DNA of 58,588 nucleotides, from IMG/VR virus record IMGVR_UViG_3300046167_000685, positions 1-58,588 of that record. One strand, 5' to 3'. Positions 1 to 9,889 of this stretch are shown here, one piece after another; the first letter of the stretch is position 1; every line of letters starts with the position of its first letter. The stretch comes from a virus (Duplodnaviria > Caudoviricetes). The position numbers and the translations under genes were made by a program. The notes beneath the pieces were generated by a model. That model saw nothing but the letters and a program-made list of their open reading frames with translations. It had not been told where the DNA came from and searched no databases.

Positions 1-520
1 GCCCGGCCCCGGGCCTCGAGGACCGCGCCAAACGTACCGGACGCCGTGCAGCTCGATCGTAAAACCGGGCAAAACGGCCCGAAACCCCCGGAAACCGGGC
101 AATTCTCGAGCAGCTCGACGCACTAGGACACGGCGTACCGGCACGAGATCGACGAGAGACGGCCTTTCGTGCGGCGAAAATCGCTCAGCAGCGGGCCGAA
201 CCCCGGCCAGTGGCTTATAACTTTTTCGCTCTTTTTTGTGGTTTTTGCCAGAAATCGCCAAAAAACCGCAGAACCCGGTCCCGAAATCTGGAGCGAATTT
301 TCAGCAAAAAATCACGAATTGGCGGAAAACCGCCAGTTTTGCCAAAAAAAAACTAGGACCGGGTTGCACGATCCGCGCCCGCTGCTGAACAAAATCCGGC
401 GCACAGGTCGCCAGATCAGGCAGGGGCCCCGGCCTATCGGGTCAGATCGACCTGCCTCAATCATCGGGTCCCGCCCAACGTCGCGCCCGGCCCGCGGTGC
501 TGCCAGACGGGTGCTAGGGC
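1..520 (+). repeat. Left direct terminal repeat (520 bp)
   Basis: Sequence 1-520 (gcccggcccc...gtgctagggc) recurs at 58069-58588, the end of the window. Confidence 0.95.
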
Positions 521-559
521 CATGTTTCTGACAAATAATCCTGTGAAAAACGATATAGA

Positions 560-575
560 TGTTTCACGTGAAACA
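560..575. promoter_or_regulatory. parS: parS centromere-like site (ParB/Spo0J binding palindrome)
   Basis: TGTTTCACGTGAAACA, exact match to the bacterial chromosomal parS consensus; intergenic; extends to an 18-bp palindrome 559-576. Confidence 0.85.
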
Positions 576-668
576 TTGCCTAATTATTAGGCAAATGCTC
601 AAGGCTTGTTCACTGTCAAATAAAAGGGCATATTCTTGCATACTGTTTGTGCACTTTAGGGTCCCCCG

Positions 669-2115
669 ATGGATGTATCTGATCAGGAGTTAAAGCTCCA
701 ACTTCGACTTGCTCAGCTCGAGAAAAATGAAGCTTGTCAGGATGAGTTTCTGCCGTTTGTAAAATCTATGTGGCCGGAGTTCATTGCCGGTCGTCACCAC
801 AGGATCATTGCAGAAAAGTTAGAACGTGTTGCCCGCGGGGAGCTCAAGCGTTTGATCATCAACATGGCCCCGCGGCACACGAAGTCTGAGTTCGCATCCT
901 TCTTGTTCCCGGCGTGGATGATGGGCAAGAACCCGAAGATGAAGATCATTCAGGCTACCCACACGACGGAACTTGCGGTTAACTTTGGACGTAAGACGAA
1001 GAACTTGATTGACAGTGACGAGTACAAGGAGGTCTTTCCGAATGTCAAACTCGCTTCTGATAGTAAAGCTTCTGGTCGTTGGGACACTGCTTCTGGCGGG
1101 ATGTACTACGCCGTTGGTGTGGGATCGAACCTTGCCGGGCGTGGTGGCGACTTGGTAATTATCGATGACCCGCACTCAGAGCAGACAGCTATGTCAACAA
1201 ACGGATTTGATGATGCTTGGGATTGGTACACCGGGGGCCCCCGGCAGCGTCTCCAGCCGGGCGGAAGTATAGTTCTGGTTCAGACCCGGTGGTCCGAGAA
1301 GGACATGACGGGTCAGTTGCTCCGTGCAATGGCTAAAGATCCGCTAGCTGACCAATGGGAGGTTGTAGAGCTTCCGGCCATTTTTGACGACGACAAGCCC
1401 TGTTGGCCGGAGTTTTGGTCTCTTGAGGATCTGACCGCGGTCCGCGCATCTATTCCCCCGAGCAAGTGGAACGCGCAGTATCAGCAGAACCCGACGGGTG
1501 AAGAGAATGCGATCATTCCTCGTCAGTGGTGGAAGAAGTGGGAGAAGGGACAACATCCCGAATCTTGAATATGTGATTCAGAGCTATGACACGGCGTTCT
1601 CGAAACGCGAAACTGCTGACTACTCGGCGATCACGACTTGGGGTGTTTTCAGGCCGGAGGAGGTTGGGGGCCCTCCGGGACTCATACTTTTGGACAGTAC
1701 GAAGGGTCGATGGGATTTTCCGGAGTTGAAGCAGGCGGCTTTAGAGCAGTATAAGTATTGGGACCCCGACACCGTCATAGTAGAAGCCAAGGCTTCTGGG
1801 TTGCCTTTGACGCATGAATTACGGAATATGGGTATTCCTGTTGTTAACTTTACGCCTAGTAAGGGTAATGATAAGGTTACGCGAGTTCATTCTGTATCGC
1901 CGTTATTTGAGGCTGGCATGGTTTGGGCCCCCGACACCACCTTCGCTGACGAGATGATTGAGGAGGTGGCGGCGTTCCCTAACGGGGAGCATGACGACTT
2001 GGTAGATAGCATGACGCAGGCTTTGATGCGTTATCGGCAGGGCAACTTTGTACAGTTGCCGACTGACGATTGGGGCGAAGAGGATACGGGAATGCAAGTT
2101 AGGGCCTATTACTGA
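669..2115 (+). CDS. terL: Terminase large subunit (split by a probable +1 sequencing frameshift near 1547)
   Basis: ATPase motifs INMAPRHTKS, VIIDDPH, VQTRW; C-terminal nuclease SYDTAF...HDDLVDS in ORF 1498-2115; removing one G from gagaagggacaac joins the frames. Confidence 0.9.
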
Positions 2116-3522
2116 TGGCCGAAGTATACCGAGGCTATCTGCCGGGCGAGTCCCACTGTAGGTGATATACCTATTTTGGGGCCCGTGGTCAGTGCGCTAG
2201 CTCCTGTCGAGCGCGATGTCATCACACCGCCGGAAACCACTTACATCGAAGACATGGGTTGTTCGCTACCCGGTGACTACGGAGGGCGAGTATGGGGATC
2301 CTCGCGTTGGGACTCCTGCTGCGGTACAGGGGTATTCTCGACTTTGTTCAGTACCTAAGAGACGATCCCAAGGCCGCGGCTTCTGCTATTGGCGCGGGGA
2401 TTGCGTCAATACCAGAGCAGCAGTTTTACGGTGGTCTTGCTATGACGCAGGGCTTTGACGCTGCGTATAACCCGGAGACGGGAGAGACTTACACATATGA
2501 CTCGTTGCTTTTACCGGCGACCACGGCGGCGGGGACTATGGCTAGTATTGCGCGTACCGCGGACGACGGCTCTACGGTTCTCGGCATCATGGGCGGTCGC
2601 ATGGCAAAGTCGGGGCCCAGTAAGTTTAGCGAGGCCCGCGCGGCGCGGCGCACGAAGGACGAGCAGGAGCTTTTTGACGAGACGGGCGCGTACTTTGATG
2701 ACGAACTTTTCCCGGATGAGGGTGATGCGTTTCGCTTTGAGATACCCACGGTAAACTCGGAGCTAGTTGGTATTGAGAATGTTGTCCGTAAGTCGAATGA
2801 CAGTTCTGCGGGCCCGGGGCCCCGCAACTATTTTTACATGGACGACAAGACAGACGTTACTGCTTTGAAGCAGGACGTTGTGAGTGCCAACATCTTTGAT
2901 GATGGCACGGTTAGTTTTGAGTCGCAGTTTGTGAACGCGGCTGGTGAGCTTGAGCCTGCTAAGTACCCGCGTCTTTCAGAGATTCTGGATTTTCCGGAGC
3001 TGTATGAGCAGTATCCGCAGTTGAAAGATGTTTATGTTGCCCGGCTGAATGCTAATGCTCAAGCGGCTATGATAGAGGATGGGATTGGTGGCCGCCCGAC
3101 CATTGCTCTTAGCCCTGCTTTTAGCCCTCAGATGCTTCAATCGTATTTGTTGCACGAGGTTCAGCACGTAGTTCAGAAGATTGAGGGCTTTCCTCGGGGC
3201 GGTGACACGATGAAGATGTCGGACGCTGATTACAACCGTCTGGCTGGTGAGGTTGAGGCTCGGAACGTAGAGGACCGGTTTTTGGCTGCGCGGGGTTTTC
3301 AAAAGAGTGGGGCTAGGTCGGACACGATTCCTCCGATATATGATCCGTCAAAGGTTGTTCCGACACAGACGCGGGATACGAAACCCTAGCCAGATTCTGT
3401 TGAAAGCCCAAGGCGGCGTAGTCAGCATGGTCGATCTTGCGCGGAACGCGGGCCGCGGCCCTCGGGGCGTAGCTAGTCTAGCCCCTGTAGCTAGGAATAT
3501 GAACCGGTCTATGTTAGGTTGA
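2115..3522 (+). CDS. LPD23-like polyvalent-protein zincin metallopeptidase (reconstructed across ~4 single-base insertions)
   Basis: Core ORF 2292-3389 has FRFEI...PELYEQYPQL...LLHEVQHVVQKIEGFPRGG...AGEVEARNVE (HExxH); ORF pieces from 2115, 2176, 2216, 2292 and 3307 join if single extra bases are removed. Confidence 0.65.
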
Positions 3523-3539
3523 CGTAAAGGAGATTATAC

Positions 3540-5960
3540 ATGGCGCGTGAACCGATTGCCGGGATGGTGGAAAACCCTATTCCGACGCAGCTTGATCCGG
3601 AGGATTTGGCGGCAGAGGTAGAGCTGGAGCTTCCGGGTAGCCAAGAGACCGTAGCTTTTGAAGGTATGGCCGAGGGCATGGACATTGAGATTGTGCCCGA
3701 GGACGACGGCGGTGTTGTGATCGACTTTGATCCGCAAGACCAGCGTGGGCAAAATGATGATTTTTATGGGAACTTAGCAGAGGAAATGCCAGATCGCGAG
3801 CTCGGGCGTATTGCCAGTGAGCTGCTGGGCGAGTTCGATGCTAACAAAGCTAGTAGACAGGAGTGGGAAGATGCTTACGCCAACGGTTTGGAGCTTCTTG
3901 GTTTCTCCTACGAGGAGAGAACCCAGCCGTTCCGAGGAGCTACCGGTGTTACGCATCCCTTGCTTGCAGAGGCAGCTACACAGTTCCAAGCGCAAGCCTT
4001 TAACGAGTTGTTGCCAGCGTCTGGGCCAGTGCGTACTGCGATCATCGGAAACGAGACTAGGGAGAAGCAGCAGCAGTCTGACCGCGTAAGGCAGTTTATG
4101 AACTACTACATCACCAATGTGATGGAGGAATATACGCCTGAACTGGATCAGATGCTGTTTTATTTGCCGCTAGCGGGCAGCACGTTCAAGAAAGTTTATT
4201 ATGACGAGACCATGGGCCGCGCTGTAAGCAAGTTTGTGCCTGTTGAGCAGCTTGTGGTGCCGTATGAGACGGCAGATTTGGAGACTTCCCCGAATATTAC
4301 GCAAGTTTTGCGTATGTCTCTTAACGATTTGCGTAAAAAGCAGGTATCGGGCTTCTACTTAGACATCGATGTCATTCCGGCACAGGCTGAATTGAGCAGT
4401 GTGGGTAGTGAGATTGAGCGTATTGATGGTGTTTCGCCATCTCAGATTGATTATGACTGCACTTTGTTGGAGTGCCACGTTGATTTGGACCTCGAGGGGT
4501 ACGAGGACGCCGATGAAGACGGTGAACCGACCGGTATCAAGGTGCCGTATGTGGTTACGATCAGTCAGGACAACGGTCAGATCTTGTCAATCCGTCGAAA
4601 TTACCGCGAGGACGACGAAAACAAGAAGAAAATCCAGTATTTTGTGCACTATAAGTTCCTTCCGGGTTTCGGTTTCTACGGTTTGGGTCTTATTCACACG
4701 ATTGGCGGGCTGTCACGGACCGCCACGGCGGCTCTGAGGCAGTTGATCGACGCTGGTACGTTGTCCAACCTCCCAGCGGGCTTCAAGGCCCGCGGACTAC
4801 GGATCAGAGATGACGATGACCCGCTTCAGCCCGGTGAGTTTCGCGATGTGGACGCTCCCGGAGGGGCTATTCGTGACAGCCTGATGCCGCTGCCCTTCAA
4901 AGGCCCTGATCAGACGCTATTTAATCTTCTTGGATTCGTAGTAGACGCTGGTCGGCGCTTTGCAACCATCACGGACATGAAAGTTGGCGATGGGAACGAT
5001 CAGGCGGCGGTTGGAACGACGCTTGCGCTGATTGAGCAGGGCTCTCGGGTGATGAGTGCGGTGCACAAGCGGCTTCATTATGCCATGCGGATCGAGTTCA
5101 AGATTTTGTCTCGTGTGATGGCGGAGAGTTTGCCGCCGGAGTACCCGTATGCGGTTGAGGGGGCTGAGTCTGCGGTCAAGCAGACGGATTTTGATGACCG
5201 TGTGGATGTTTTGCCGATCTCTGACCCGAATGTGTTTAGTCAGGCGCAACGCATAACGCTTGCTCAGACCAAGTTGCAGTTGGCGGGGGCGGCTCCTGAG
5301 ATGCACAACATGCACGAGGTGTATCGTGACATGTATGATGCTTTGGGCGTTAAGGATGTTGACCGGATCATGCGTAGGATTCCGGACGATGAGCCGACTC
5401 CCAAGGATCCTGCACAGGAGAACATCGACACCATGGACATGATCCCGCTGAAGGCGTTTGAAGGTCAGGAGCATCAGGCTCACATCATGGCGCACATGGT
5501 CTTCGGCTCTACGCCCATGGTGGCTGGTATGCCCGCCATGGCGATGGCGCTTCAGAAGCACATCATGGAGCACGTGCAGATCGCAGCACAGGAGCAAGCC
5601 ATGCAGGCTATGGCTCAACAGATGCCTCAAGCGGCTCCAGAACAGATGGAGCTTGCCATGCAGGGATTGGTGGCTCAGTTTGTTGCCGAAGGTATGCAGC
5701 AGGTCAAGCAGCTCTCGCAGCAGGTATCTGGTCAGGGGCCCGATCCGTTGGTCCAGCTCAAGGAGCAGGAGCTTCAGATACGGGCACAGGCCGAGCAGGC
5801 GGATGCACAGGTGGATCAGGCCAAGCTCAATCTCGAGGCACAGGGTCAGCAGATGCGATCCGATCAATTCCAGCAGCGGTTGGCGAGTCAAGAGCGTCAG
5901 ACCGCGGCACGTATAGATGCTGCCATGCAGCGTGAGTTTATTAAAGGAAGGGGACAGTAA
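3540..5960 (+). CDS. Portal protein
   Basis: 806 aa, follows TerL; P22/podovirus portal-like motifs (HPLLAEA, GSTFKKVYYD, GFYGLGL, IDAGTLSNLP); Q-rich C-terminal barrel. Confidence 0.85.
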   Translation: MAREPIAGMVENPIPTQLDPEDLAAEVELELPGSQETVAFEGMAEGMDIEIVPEDDGGVVIDFDPQDQRGQNDDFYGNLAEEMPDRELGRIASELLGEFDANKASRQEWEDAYANGLELLGFSYEERTQPFRGATGVTHPLLAEAATQFQAQAFNELLPASGPVRTAIIGNETREKQQQSDRVRQFMNYYITNVMEEYTPELDQMLFYLPLAGSTFKKVYYDETMGRAVSKFVPVEQLVVPYETADLETSPNITQVLRMSLNDLRKKQVSGFYLDIDVIPAQAELSSVGSEIERIDGVSPSQIDYDCTLLECHVDLDLEGYEDADEDGEPTGIKVPYVVTISQDNGQILSIRRNYREDDENKKKIQYFVHYKFLPGFGFYGLGLIHTIGGLSRTATAALRQLIDAGTLSNLPAGFKARGLRIRDDDDPLQPGEFRDVDAPGGAIRDSLMPLPFKGPDQTLFNLLGFVVDAGRRFATITDMKVGDGNDQAAVGTTLALIEQGSRVMSAVHKRLHYAMRIEFKILSRVMAESLPPEYPYAVEGAESAVKQTDFDDRVDVLPISDPNVFSQAQRITLAQTKLQLAGAAPEMHNMHEVYRDMYDALGVKDVDRIMRRIPDDEPTPKDPAQENIDTMDMIPLKAFEGQEHQAHIMAHMVFGSTPMVAGMPAMAMALQKHIMEHVQIAAQEQAMQAMAQQMPQAAPEQMELAMQGLVAQFVAEGMQQVKQLSQQVSGQGPDPLVQLKEQELQIRAQAEQADAQVDQAKLNLEAQGQQMRSDQFQQRLASQERQTAARIDAAMQREFIKGRGQ

Positions 5961-6121
5961 TGTCAGTAGTTAAGATTGTGACGAATAAGCCGGGCCCTGC
6001 GCCCAAGCCGGAAGCAACCGGTAAGTTGAAAGAAGTTTCAATACCGCAGAATCTGACCAAGATGACTGCTCGTGGCATGGGCGCGGCAACAAAAGGCGGC
6101 AGTTACATGGGTTACAAGTAA
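5960..6121 (+). CDS. Small basic hypothetical protein (53 aa, not in ORF track)
   Basis: ATG overlaps the portal stop; MSVVKIVTNKPGPAPK...ARGMGAATKGGSYMGYK. Confidence 0.7.
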   Translation: MSVVKIVTNKPGPAPKPEATGKLKEVSIPQNLTKMTARGMGAATKGGSYMGYK

Positions 6122-6151
6122 CGCTGACTGTGGGGCTACGGGAACACGGCC

Positions 6152-6844
6152 ATGGATCCAGTAACTGCTATGGCGACCGCTTCGGCGGCGTTTGGGGCAC
6201 TTAAAAAAGGTTTTGCGATAGGGCGGGACATTGAGTCAATGGCTTCTGACTTGTCCCGGTGGATGGGTGCGCTTTCTGATCTAGATCAGATGGAAAAAGA
6301 AGCTAAGAATCCCCCCATTTTTAAAAAGCTTTTCTCTGGGCAGAGTGTTGAGCAGGAAGCGATCACCACATTCGCCAACAAGCAAAAGGCTCAACAGCAG
6401 CGATACGAGCTACAGCAGTGGATTTCCTTGACCATGGGCAAGTCCAAATGGGATGAGCTTGTTCGCATGGAAGGCCAGATACGAAAAAGACGCCAAGAAA
6501 CTTTGTACAAGCAAAGAGAGCGCAGGCGAAGGTTTGTGGAGGTTGTGGCGTGGGTTATTGTAGTTGGCGTTGGTTTTAGCGCTTTGACGGCGTTCATAAT
6601 GTTTTTAAAAGGTCAAACCGCTTACGCTGACCAGATGACAACTTGTCGTAAAGTTAAGTGCGAAAAAATGGACAATCGTCAGGTAGTTTGTGTTTTTCGA
6701 GGTCAGAACAATACGATTGAATCTCAGATATTTGAGTACATGGAGTTTATCCCCTCGGAGTATCAGTGCAAATACGATCCGAATGCTAAAAAAGAGATGA
6801 CCGTACAAGAGACACTTAGAGCCGTGCGGGACAGTCAGAAATGA
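6152..6844 (+). CDS. Membrane protein at the start of the lysis cluster
   Basis: MDPVTAMATASAAF N-terminus, one central TM segment, Cys-containing C-terminal domain. Confidence 0.65.
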   Translation: MDPVTAMATASAAFGALKKGFAIGRDIESMASDLSRWMGALSDLDQMEKEAKNPPIFKKLFSGQSVEQEAITTFANKQKAQQQRYELQQWISLTMGKSKWDELVRMEGQIRKRRQETLYKQRERRRRFVEVVAWVIVVGVGFSALTAFIMFLKGQTAYADQMTTCRKVKCEKMDNRQVVCVFRGQNNTIESQIFEYMEFIPSEYQCKYDPNAKKEMTVQETLRAVRDSQK

Positions 6845-7158
6845 GCAAGAAGTTCCAAGAGGATACAGAGTACGCTAAGTACGACCTCGATGGGGATGGG
6901 GAGATAACGGACGACGAATTAGAACACGCCAAGGAGATACGAGAAACAGAGCGGGATCTTCGGAAGAGTTTGGCTCAGCTACGAATGGCGAGGTTTACAT
7001 TGATTGGTATGGGGGTATTTACTGCCGCCATGTTTACCCCTTGGGTTTCAGTAGAAAGGATTGAAGCGCTGAGTGAAATCAGCAGCTTATTCTACATTTC
7101 GGGAGCGGGCATAGTTGGAGCGTATATGGGGACCACGGCTTGGATGGCACGAAAGTGA
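6841..7158 (+). CDS. EF-hand-like two-TM membrane protein (holin/antiholin-like)
   Basis: YDLDGDGEITDDEL EF-hand-like loop and two hydrophobic segments; upstream of holin and endolysin. Confidence 0.55.
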   Translation: MSKKFQEDTEYAKYDLDGDGEITDDELEHAKEIRETERDLRKSLAQLRMARFTLIGMGVFTAAMFTPWVSVERIEALSEISSLFYISGAGIVGAYMGTTAWMARK

Positions 7159-7386
7159 ATGATCGACGCTTTTTTGCTTATGGTTTATTTAGGCACGGGT
7201 GATTTTCGCAAATTAGAAAGCGGAAACATGTACTTTTACTCCATCACGGAATGCAACTACTTTGCTGAACAAATTTCAAAAAGGTATGGTAATTACGGGT
7301 TTTCTGAGTATATGGACCCTAAAGACCGCGTTACTGCGTACTGTATTCCGAAACAGGTGGACCCTGAGATAATAAAGGTTTATTAA
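7159..7386 (+). CDS. Hypothetical protein
   Basis: 75-aa ORF abutting neighbours; hydrophobic N-terminus, two Cys. Confidence 0.6.
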   Translation: MIDAFLLMVYLGTGDFRKLESGNMYFYSITECNYFAEQISKRYGNYGFSEYMDPKDRVTAYCIPKQVDPEIIKVY

Positions 7387-7450
7387 TGACAATGTGGGAC
7401 ATGCACAATAGAACCACGCCCGAACAGGCGGAGCGAAACAGGAGACAGCG

Positions 7451-7846
7451 ATGCTTCAAGCTCTCATAGGCCCAGTTACAGGGATTCTGGACAAGTTCAT
7501 AGAGGACAAGGACCAGAAGAACAAGTTGGCGCATGAAATAGCGACCATGGCCGAAAGGCAGATGCACGAAGCCAACATGGGTCAGATAGAGATCAACAAG
7601 GCAGAGGCGCAGCATAGGTCTGTGTTTGTTGCGGGCTGGCGGCCCTTCCTTGGTTGGGGACTAGCGGTTGCCATGATATGGCATTTTGTATTAGCGCCAG
7701 TCACTATGTTTGCATTTGCATATGCGGGCATGGAGCCGCCAGAACTTCCCACCTTTGACATGGACAGCTTGATGACTGTTCTCCTTGGGATGCTCGGTCT
7801 TGGCGGTCTTAGGACGGTAGAAAAGGTTAAGGGCTTAACAAAGTAA
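7451..7846 (+). CDS. Holin (GTA 3TM holin family-like)
   Basis: QIEINKAEA...FVAGWRPFLGW...LLGMLGLGGLRTVEKVKG; directly upstream of endolysin. Confidence 0.8.
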   Translation: MLQALIGPVTGILDKFIEDKDQKNKLAHEIATMAERQMHEANMGQIEINKAEAQHRSVFVAGWRPFLGWGLAVAMIWHFVLAPVTMFAFAYAGMEPPELPTFDMDSLMTVLLGMLGLGGLRTVEKVKGLTK

Positions 7847-8370
7847 TGGAAGCTAATTTTTTCAAAAGTCTAGAGATGGTTCTCAAGCATGAGGGCGGTT
7901 TTGTAGATCACCCGGAAGACCCGGGCGGCGCTACAAACAAGGGGATTACGCATAAAACATATTCTGATTTCCTTGGTCGGCCTCTTGAAGATGTGAATGA
8001 ACTCAAGAACATACCGGATGATCACGTAGAACTGATTTATAAGCAGGGCTATTGGGATCGTGTGAAGGGGGATCAGCTCCCTGCGGGCGTAGACTTTTGC
8101 ATTTTTGATTGGAGCGTGAACAGCGGTCCGGGGCGAGCGGCCAAGGCTTTGCAGAAATCTGTCATGGTTTCTCAGGACGGGGCGATTGGCCCTCGGACGA
8201 TGATTGCGGTTGAAGAAAAAGATCCAATGAAAATCATCGAAGAAGTAACAACAGAACGGGAACAATTTTATCGTTCTTTGCGGACGTTTGACACGTTTGG
8301 CAAGGGTTGGTTACGTCGAAACGATGAGACATGCGAGTATGCTTTGTTGCTCGCGGGAGGTATGACATAG
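7846..8370 (+). CDS. Endolysin, glycoside hydrolase family 108 with peptidoglycan-binding domain
   Basis: HEGGFVDHPEDPGGATNKGIT catalytic motif; DGAIGPRT and FGKGWLRR. Confidence 0.9.
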   Translation: MEANFFKSLEMVLKHEGGFVDHPEDPGGATNKGITHKTYSDFLGRPLEDVNELKNIPDDHVELIYKQGYWDRVKGDQLPAGVDFCIFDWSVNSGPGRAAKALQKSVMVSQDGAIGPRTMIAVEEKDPMKIIEEVTTEREQFYRSLRTFDTFGKGWLRRNDETCEYALLLAGGMT

Positions 8371-8568
8371 GTGGATGAAGTCTTTTTTGCTGACGCTGTT
8401 TTGCGGATTGTGCGGGACAGGCGGTTAGCAGTTCAAGACTTGTTGATTTACGACAACGTCAAGAACATGGAGCAGTATCGTGAGCTCATGGGTAATTTAA
8501 AATCCCTAGATCACGTGGAACAGGAACTCAAGAGCCTGCTAGATAAACAGGAGCGCAACGATGGTTGA
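8371..8568 (+). CDS. Hypothetical protein
   Basis: 65 aa, coupled to neighbours. Confidence 0.65.
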   Translation: MDEVFFADAVLRIVRDRRLAVQDLLIYDNVKNMEQYRELMGNLKSLDHVEQELKSLLDKQERNDG

Positions 8569-9001
8569 TCTTGCTGGTGCCGCACAGGGCGCTGAAAGCT
8601 TAGCATCTGCATATGTAGATGTACCTACTGATAAGAAGTTGGACCCCGAAGCCATCGGTGGTTCTCTTTTAGAAAGAATGCCGGAGCCGACAGGTTGGCG
8701 TCTTCTCATCCTGCCCTATCGAGGTAAAGGAAAGACAGACGGGGGTATTTATTTACCTGACAAGTTTGTTGAGGAGAACTCTGTCTCTACGCAGGTTGGT
8801 TATGTCCTGAAAGTGGGGTCATTGGCATATAAGGATTCCGAAAAATTTCCGGTTGGTCCGTGGTGTGAGCAAGGCGATTGGGTCATGTTTGCGCGGTACG
8901 CTGGCTCGCGTTTTCGGATTGACGGCGGGGAAGTCAGGATTCTTAACGATGATGAGATTCTGGCACGGATCAAAGAACCCGAAGACATTCTTCATTTCTA
9001 G
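8561..9001 (+). CDS. groES: Co-chaperonin GroES-like protein
   Basis: PTGWRLLI...KTDGGIYLP mobile loop; GDWVMFARYAG...RILNDDEILA. Confidence 0.85.
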   Translation: MVDLAGAAQGAESLASAYVDVPTDKKLDPEAIGGSLLERMPEPTGWRLLILPYRGKGKTDGGIYLPDKFVEENSVSTQVGYVLKVGSLAYKDSEKFPVGPWCEQGDWVMFARYAGSRFRIDGGEVRILNDDEILARIKEPEDILHF

Positions 9002-9010
9002 GAGTAAACG

Positions 9011-9886
9011 ATGGCTGACGAAAAGGCTCAAATTGAGCTAGATCTTGAAAAAGATGTAGAAGTAGAAGTTCTTGAGCAGGACGAACAGCAGGACAACGCG
9101 CCTGTTGAGGTCGCTCAAGAGGATGACAATTTTGATAAAGCAGAGAATGCTACGCAAAAGCGGATTGACCGCTTGACTAAAAAGATGCGTGAAGCAGAGC
9201 GTCAAAAGGAAGAGGCCCTAAAATATGCACAAAGTGTGCAGGTTGAGGCCCAACAGCTCAAACAACGCATGGACACTCTTGATACCAGCTATGTTCAAGA
9301 GTATAGCAGCCGCGTAGAAAGTCAGATGGCTTCTGCGGAGGGAGAGCTTGCTAGGGCCATGGAGATGGGGGATACTAATGCTGTTGTAGAAGCGCAGCGT
9401 AAAATCACTCGTTTGGCTATTGAGAATGATCGAGCAGAACAGGTCAAAGCTCAGCAAGAAAGAAACGCACAGTCGGCTCAAGCTCAACCGCAAGCGCAGG
9501 TTTCTCAAGCTAGCCCCCAAGCACAGCCTCGCCGACCGGATCCGAAGGCTGAGTCGTGGGCGCAAAAGAACGAGTGGTTTGGCTCCGACGAGGCCATGAC
9601 TTATGCCGCTTTTGGTATTCACAAAAAATTAGTCGAAGATGAAGGGTTTGACCCCAAGTCAGATGATTACTATACTGAATTGGACAGGCGTATGGGGGAC
9701 GAGTTCCCACATAAGCTTGGCAACTCCGGTGGAAGCAAACGGCCCGCTCAGACCGTAGCTTCTGTATCCCGCAACTCATCTGGGCGCAGCAGTGGGAAAA
9801 AGGTTAGACTCACCCCTAGCCAAGTCGCGATAGCGAAGAAATTGGGTGTGCCGCTTGAAGAATACGCAAAGCACGTGAAGGAGTAA
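9011..9886 (+). CDS. Capsid scaffolding protein
   Basis: Acidic coiled-coil (KRIDRLTKKMREAERQ); C-terminal VRLTPSQVAIAKKLGVPLEEYAK; upstream of capsid gene. Confidence 0.7.
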   Translation: MADEKAQIELDLEKDVEVEVLEQDEQQDNAPVEVAQEDDNFDKAENATQKRIDRLTKKMREAERQKEEALKYAQSVQVEAQQLKQRMDTLDTSYVQEYSSRVESQMASAEGELARAMEMGDTNAVVEAQRKITRLAIENDRAEQVKAQQERNAQSAQAQPQAQVSQASPQAQPRRPDPKAESWAQKNEWFGSDEAMTYAAFGIHKKLVEDEGFDPKSDDYYTELDRRMGDEFPHKLGNSGGSKRPAQTVASVSRNSSGRSSGKKVRLTPSQVAIAKKLGVPLEEYAKHVKE

Positions 9887-9889
9887 AAA

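Noticed and set aside
169-531. 120-aa ORF in the terminal repeat
   Set aside because: No clear RBS or motifs; composition follows the GC/A-tract pattern
1540-1560. Programmed frameshift in terL
   Set aside because: One extra G in a short run, no slippery heptamer; similar +1 insertions cluster at ~2152, ~2259, ~2330 and ~3385, consistent with read errors near the end
4917-5891. Long minus-strand ORFs (also 34710-35417 and others)
   Set aside because: Antisense shadows of well-supported plus-strand genes
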